20,000 nt of DNA from an uncultured virus (IMG/VR IMGVR_UViG_3300001544_000071) (taxonomy: Duplodnaviria; Heunggongvirae; Uroviricota; Caudoviricetes), in the IMG/VR virus record IMGVR_UViG_3300001544_000071; one strand, given 5' to 3'. Made by a program: the position numbers and the translations under genes. Shown in pieces: positions 16,491 to 20,000 of the stretch. A model generated the notes under the pieces. The model was not told where the DNA came from. It was given only the letters and a program-made list of their open reading frames with translations, and ran no database searches. Position 1 is the first letter of the stretch. The number at the start of each line of letters is the position of its first letter.

Positions 16491-19013
16491 TTACCCAAAA
16501 GCCTCCGGGTTCACCGCCGCATACCCATCCGTCAATTCCACCACCGCCGGTTCATCTGCAACATGGTCTAGGTGCCGTTGTATCGTAGCCTTCCGTATAT
16601 CCAGCAAAGCTCTTTGCGTAACGCAGAGAAAATAGCAGAGCATACGCACACAGTCCGTATCGTGTATCGGAGAACTCGGCCCAATACCTTTGGGTATCTG
16701 ATTATTCTTATCCCTCTGCGCCAATGACAAAGCCTCCGCCGTATCCTTTGCAGCTTGGGTACATATAAGCCTTGAAGTGTACAACAGCTTGTTAGTAACA
16801 AAAGCACTATCTTCCACATTAGGATTTTTCCCTCTTGTTACCCACCATATCCCATGCTTATGTAATTCTCTTGTAAATTGCGTAATCTGGTCTTTCGCCG
16901 TAGTATCCGGTATCCATAATATCTTATTCCTCGGAAAATCAACCCGCAGCACTTTCGGAGCTTGCCGTATATCAGGAAACTCATACCGCTTCACAATATA
17001 AATAATATTCCCGCGTAATATAGCGGCGCATCCCCTATGGTATCCTTTGTTAAAATCCTGCGTCCAATATATCGTTTCGTTCTGCCCTACTTCCATGTCC
17101 AAAGGTATATTAACAAAGTTCCTGTCCCAATCAAAATCCCCGAACACCCTGCCCTGCGCAAGAGCCAAAAACATACCTTCAAGATAAACAAGCCTTTCCT
17201 GCGGTGTGTAAATCTGGTATAAACTCTCAACATACTCCGGGTCTAAATACCAATTATCCGCAGTCCTTCCCCGGATAAGCGTATAAGCCACGCCTGCTTT
17301 CTTGAAATTAGTTATTACACGATATAATCCTTTTTGGCCTTGCGATGTTGAGTTGTGTACAATCTTAAACCCGCAGTACCCTTTAACACAAAACTCCCCT
17401 TCATCTCCGTCAGGCATGTCTACTTCTAAATCGTACACCGGAACACTCCGGGCATTTTTTCGTAAACCATTTCGCATCGCGTCTAAAAATCTTGCCGCAA
17501 GAGCATACCGTTTTTTGGAATTGGGAGGTTTCTGCTCGCTGAACGCCAAACCGTTTAGATTTATCTCTACAACTCTGGCTACATAATCGAGCAGGCTTTG
17601 TAGTTCCCCAACGCTCTCCGCACACGCCGCACACACAGGCGTAACATCCAAATCCTTCTCTAATCCTATCTCTCTCTGCGTAATATTTGGCAAGCTCATT
17701 TCTATACTTTTTCTGGCATTTACTACATCTAATCCTTTTAATACACGCTGTATTAAACGAAATACCGCAATCAACACAGTCCGTAGCCCAAGTCTCTTTC
17801 TGCCAAACATTTTTATACTCTCTATGCCTAATTGCTCTATTACGTTCCGTATGTTGTTTTCTTCTTTCATTCTGCTGGCATATACAACATCTTTTACTTT
17901 GTACACCTTTTGTACTAAACTTTTGTCCGCACACAACACACACCCGTTCCCGCCAATGTGTTGTCCTATGCAGTGCTTGATGTTCTCCTGCCGACAAACA
18001 CTCAAGATTTTCAAGACTGTTATCAATTGTGTTAAAATCTTTATGGTGTATTTCCATTCCATCCGGGACAGTCCCGTTAGCTTTCTCCCAAACCGCACGA
18101 TGTAACGAAATTGTTTTGCCGTTCGTAGAACTTGTTCTGTAATACCCCTGCGGTTTTCCTTTACACCAATGCCAGTAGAACTTAATTCCATCAAACACGA
18201 TAGCAGGCATTTTTTTACCTCTTGCATTTCTAGCCATTTTTGTATCCTCCTCTTTGAGTATACAGTAAATAGCGAACTCTTGTCAAGACTTTGTGCGCAC
18301 TTCCAGACACCATCATCAAATACCCGATGTTCGGGGGTCATTTGAACACCAGCATACCAGAACACCTGTCGGTCATTTGTCTGCCCTGCTTTTTTAACTT
18401 CCCTAAATCCTTTTCGTGTAAGTACAAACTCTCCGGCACGAATATCTTTTATTTTTTTAACTCCTTGTTTTGTCAATACCTTTGTATTACCTTCTAAACA
18501 CGCAAAAGCAAGAAACGGTTTACGAAAATCCGGTATAACCTGTCTTGCACGTTCATTCACCGCTTTTACCGCATTAAAAGTAACGTCATCTCCTGCTATA
18601 TGCCCAAGGTCGTCAATCTCATCACATAACGCCGCGCAGCAGTCGAAACCCATAATCTCCTGCGGAGCAGAAAGAGACACTAATATTGTCGTAACATTCC
18701 CAACCGTAAGCCGGTTATTTTTCTTATCGTGCGTAAACTTAGTCCCGCTGTTATCCAAATCCTCTTTGATATACGCTAAGGTTGTTTTCTCAAGATGCCC
18801 TAACGTAACACCGCCAAGCAACAAACGTGGATTATGTCCTTCGCGTGATTTCTTACCTTGAAGTCTTTGGTTCGTGCTTGCCCACTGCGTTGCTAAAGAA
18901 CTCGTTTTACCGCTGCCATATCCGGCTACAAGAAAATGAAACCTATGCGCCGGAAATAAATAAGGAGCCTGTATGAAAGCTCCCTGATGCGGCAATAAAA
19001 GTTTTCTCCTCAT
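16491..19013 (-). CDS. terL: Terminase large subunit precursor with intein (840 aa; ~457 aa after splicing)
   Basis: Q-motif 'LLPHQ', Walker A 'AGYGSGKT', Walker B 'ALCDEID', coupling motif 'FA|STSQG' interrupted by the intein, and nuclease acidic residues 'TQDFN', 'IPD' and 'IHDTD'. Confidence 0.9.
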   Translation of the reverse strand: MRRKLLLPHQGAFIQAPYLFPAHRFHFLVAGYGSGKTSSLATQWASTNQRLQGKKSREGHNPRLLLGGVTLGHLEKTTLAYIKEDLDNSGTKFTHDKKNNRLTVGNVTTILVSLSAPQEIMGFDCCAALCDEIDDLGHIAGDDVTFNAVKAVNERARQVIPDFRKPFLAFACLEGNTKVLTKQGVKKIKDIRAGEFVLTRKGFREVKKAGQTNDRQVFWYAGVQMTPEHRVFDDGVWKCAQSLDKSSLFTVYSKRRIQKWLEMQEVKKCLLSCLMELSSTGIGVKENRRGITEQVLRTAKQFRYIVRFGRKLTGLSRMEWKYTIKILTQLITVLKILSVCRQENIKHCIGQHIGGNGCVLCADKSLVQKVYKVKDVVYASRMKEENNIRNVIEQLGIESIKMFGRKRLGLRTVLIAVFRLIQRVLKGLDVVNARKSIEMSLPNITQREIGLEKDLDVTPVCAACAESVGELQSLLDYVARVVEINLNGLAFSEQKPPNSKKRYALAARFLDAMRNGLRKNARSVPVYDLEVDMPDGDEGEFCVKGYCGFKIVHNSTSQGQKGLYRVITNFKKAGVAYTLIRGRTADNWYLDPEYVESLYQIYTPQERLVYLEGMFLALAQGRVFGDFDWDRNFVNIPLDMEVGQNETIYWTQDFNKGYHRGCAAILRGNIIYIVKRYEFPDIRQAPKVLRVDFPRNKILWIPDTTAKDQITQFTRELHKHGIWWVTRGKNPNVEDSAFVTNKLLYTSRLICTQAAKDTAEALSLAQRDKNNQIPKGIGPSSPIHDTDCVRMLCYFLCVTQRALLDIRKATIQRHLDHVADEPAVVELTDGYAAVNPEAFG
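17352..18500 (-). mobile_element. Intein (383 aa, residues 172-554 of TerL)
   Basis: Block A 'CLEGNTKVLT', block B 'MTPEHRVF', block F 'VYDLEV' and block G 'IVHN', followed by Ser+1. Confidence 0.92.
17410..18210 (-). CDS. HNH homing endonuclease with multiple CxxC zinc ribbons, nested out of frame within the intein (266 aa)
   Basis: 'SLHRAVWE…EIHHKDFNTIDNSLENLECLSAGEHQALH' is a clear HNH motif, followed by about 8 Cys pairs. ATG at 18210 with GAGGT at 18217-18221. Confidence 0.85.
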   Translation of the reverse strand: MPAIVFDGIKFYWHWCKGKPQGYYRTSSTNGKTISLHRAVWEKANGTVPDGMEIHHKDFNTIDNSLENLECLSAGEHQALHRTTHWRERVCVVCGQKFSTKGVQSKRCCICQQNERRKQHTERNRAIRHREYKNVWQKETWATDCVDCGISFNTACIKRIRCSKCQKKYRNELAKYYAERDRIREGFGCYACVCGVCGERWGTTKPARLCSQSCRDKSKRFGVQRAETSQFQKTVCSCGKIFRRDAKWFTKKCPECSGVRFRSRHA

Positions 19014-19174
19014 TCTTTACCTTTCCAATACCCGCAAGTTTTCTTATCCGCTTCCAAAGGCGTAATGTACCCTAACGCAGTACACGGATGAAACCAAGCA
19101 CAATCAGCGCATGTGTTTTTTTGCGCGTCTACCGGCTTTTTTATATCTAATATGTTAAATTGTTGTTCTATCAA
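19010..19174 (-). CDS. Small 4-Cys protein (54 aa; not in the ORF track)
   Basis: The TTG start overlaps the upstream stop (TTGA) and its TGA overlaps the terL ATG (ATGA). Sequence: MIEQQFNILDIKKPVDAQKNTCADCAWFHPCTALGYITPLEADKKTCGYWKGKE. Confidence 0.65.
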   Translation of the reverse strand: MIEQQFNILDIKKPVDAQKNTCADCAWFHPCTALGYITPLEADKKTCGYWKGKE

Positions 19175-19809
19175 AAGTCTTCTACGCTCCCATCTTGATT
19201 TATTTTATACCCTCCGGTTGCTTCGTCTTTCAGCACATCAGCCATAATTGACCTTGCCGCCGCCGGCCCTTCTTTTGTTATTTCATCTTTCAACGCTTCT
19301 CTTGCATTTTCGTCTCCGTCCTGCACTTCCACTGTACGCATCTGGCGGAACTCCTCTGCCGTCAAAGCTATAAAAAATATGTTAAGCGCATCGGCTTCCT
19401 CTTTCTCATCATCCTTCTTGGTCATGTTCAAAAGGTCACGGCGCATTTCCGCCGCTTTAAGTTTCATATTGAACGTGTCTTTATAATTCTTTTCGTATTC
19501 CTGCTTTTGTTTTGTATCGCGCATGTCATAATCTGTCTCATCAATAATCGTTCCCTGCAAGTCATTTGTTATCTGCTCTATTTCCTCAAGCTCTTTAAGA
19601 TACCTTTCCGCCCTAAGCTGCCTTGTCCGTATGCGGTATTCCTTATCCTCCATGATTAAAGCTCTTGTTTTACCTGATACCGCACAATAATCCAAAGACA
19701 TGCTGTCGGACAAAAACACTTTGTATGCTGTAATGACATTTTCTATTACGATTGACATATAGTTTTCATCAGTTTTGGGCGGAACTTTTTTCAGGGTTAT
19801 GGTTGCCAT
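19171..19809 (-). CDS. terS: Putative terminase small subunit
   Basis: 212-aa helical, charged protein upstream of terL with coiled-coil character. Assigned mainly by position and size. Confidence 0.55.
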   Translation of the reverse strand: MATITLKKVPPKTDENYMSIVIENVITAYKVFLSDSMSLDYCAVSGKTRALIMEDKEYRIRTRQLRAERYLKELEEIEQITNDLQGTIIDETDYDMRDTKQKQEYEKNYKDTFNMKLKAAEMRRDLLNMTKKDDEKEEADALNIFFIALTAEEFRQMRTVEVQDGDENAREALKDEITKEGPAAARSIMADVLKDEATGGYKINQDGSVEDF

Positions 19810-19815
19810 ACGTCA

Positions 19816-19843
19816 ATTATAATACATCAATAAAAATAGTCAA
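19816..19843 (-). promoter_or_regulatory. Sigma70-type promoter for the terS-terL operon
   Basis: TTGACT (19843-19838), 16 nt, TATAAT (19821-19816). The ATG at 19809 follows after 6 nt, with no SD. Confidence 0.65.
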
Positions 19844-19854
19844 CCCATGCTTTT

Positions 19855-20000
19855 CTTTTTTATTCCCTTGTCCTTAAACATCTCCTTTTGTTCCCTTGTC
19901 TTTTTATTCCTCTTGTCCCCCCTGTCTTTTTATTCCCTTGTCCCCCCTGTCTTTTTATTCCCTTGTCCCCCTGTCTTTTTATTCCCTTGTCCCCCTGTCT
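19855..20000. repeat. Pyrimidine-rich tandem repeat, unit ~CTTTTTATTCCCTTGTCCCCCTGT (24-26 bp)
   Basis: Units at 19900-19925, 19926-19950, 19951-19974 and 19975-19998. Partial copies start near 19855, and the array continues off the window edge. Confidence 0.9.

Noticed and set aside
17410..18237. Group I intron or a frameshifted terL pseudogene as the explanation for the HNH ORF
   Set aside because: The terL frame is uninterrupted and bounded by complete intein blocks (C1, TxxH, HN/S), so protein splicing explains the insertion.
19855..20000. CRISPR array
   Set aside because: The units are directly adjacent with no unique spacers, are low complexity, and no cas genes are present.

Overview
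This is a 20-kb head, neck and tail morphogenesis region of a tailed (probably contractile-tailed) phage or prophage, encoded almost entirely on the minus strand. Reading right to left: tandem repeats and a promoter, putative terS, a small 4-Cys ORF, an intein-containing terL, a fibre/baseplate-tip gene flanked by two silent opposite-strand tip cassettes, a lysis cluster (HExxH membrane protein, holin-like proteins, CHAP endolysin), DUF1073-like portal, DUF2213-like protease/scaffold, decoration protein, major capsid, head-tail/neck genes, an unusually long tail sheath and the start of a tail tube gene. Three things stand out. (1) A three-way tip-switching locus built from two overlapping perfect inverted-repeat pairs (40 bp and 50 bp); one pair would flip the gene's own 5' end and RBS, and no recombinase is present in the window. 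(2) A terminase intein whose HNH/Zn-finger endonuclease is encoded in a different reading frame, with its own SD and a slippery heptamer. (3) An apparent four-layer nested domain insertion in the sheath. Family names come from motif recognition and gene order, not from database searches.
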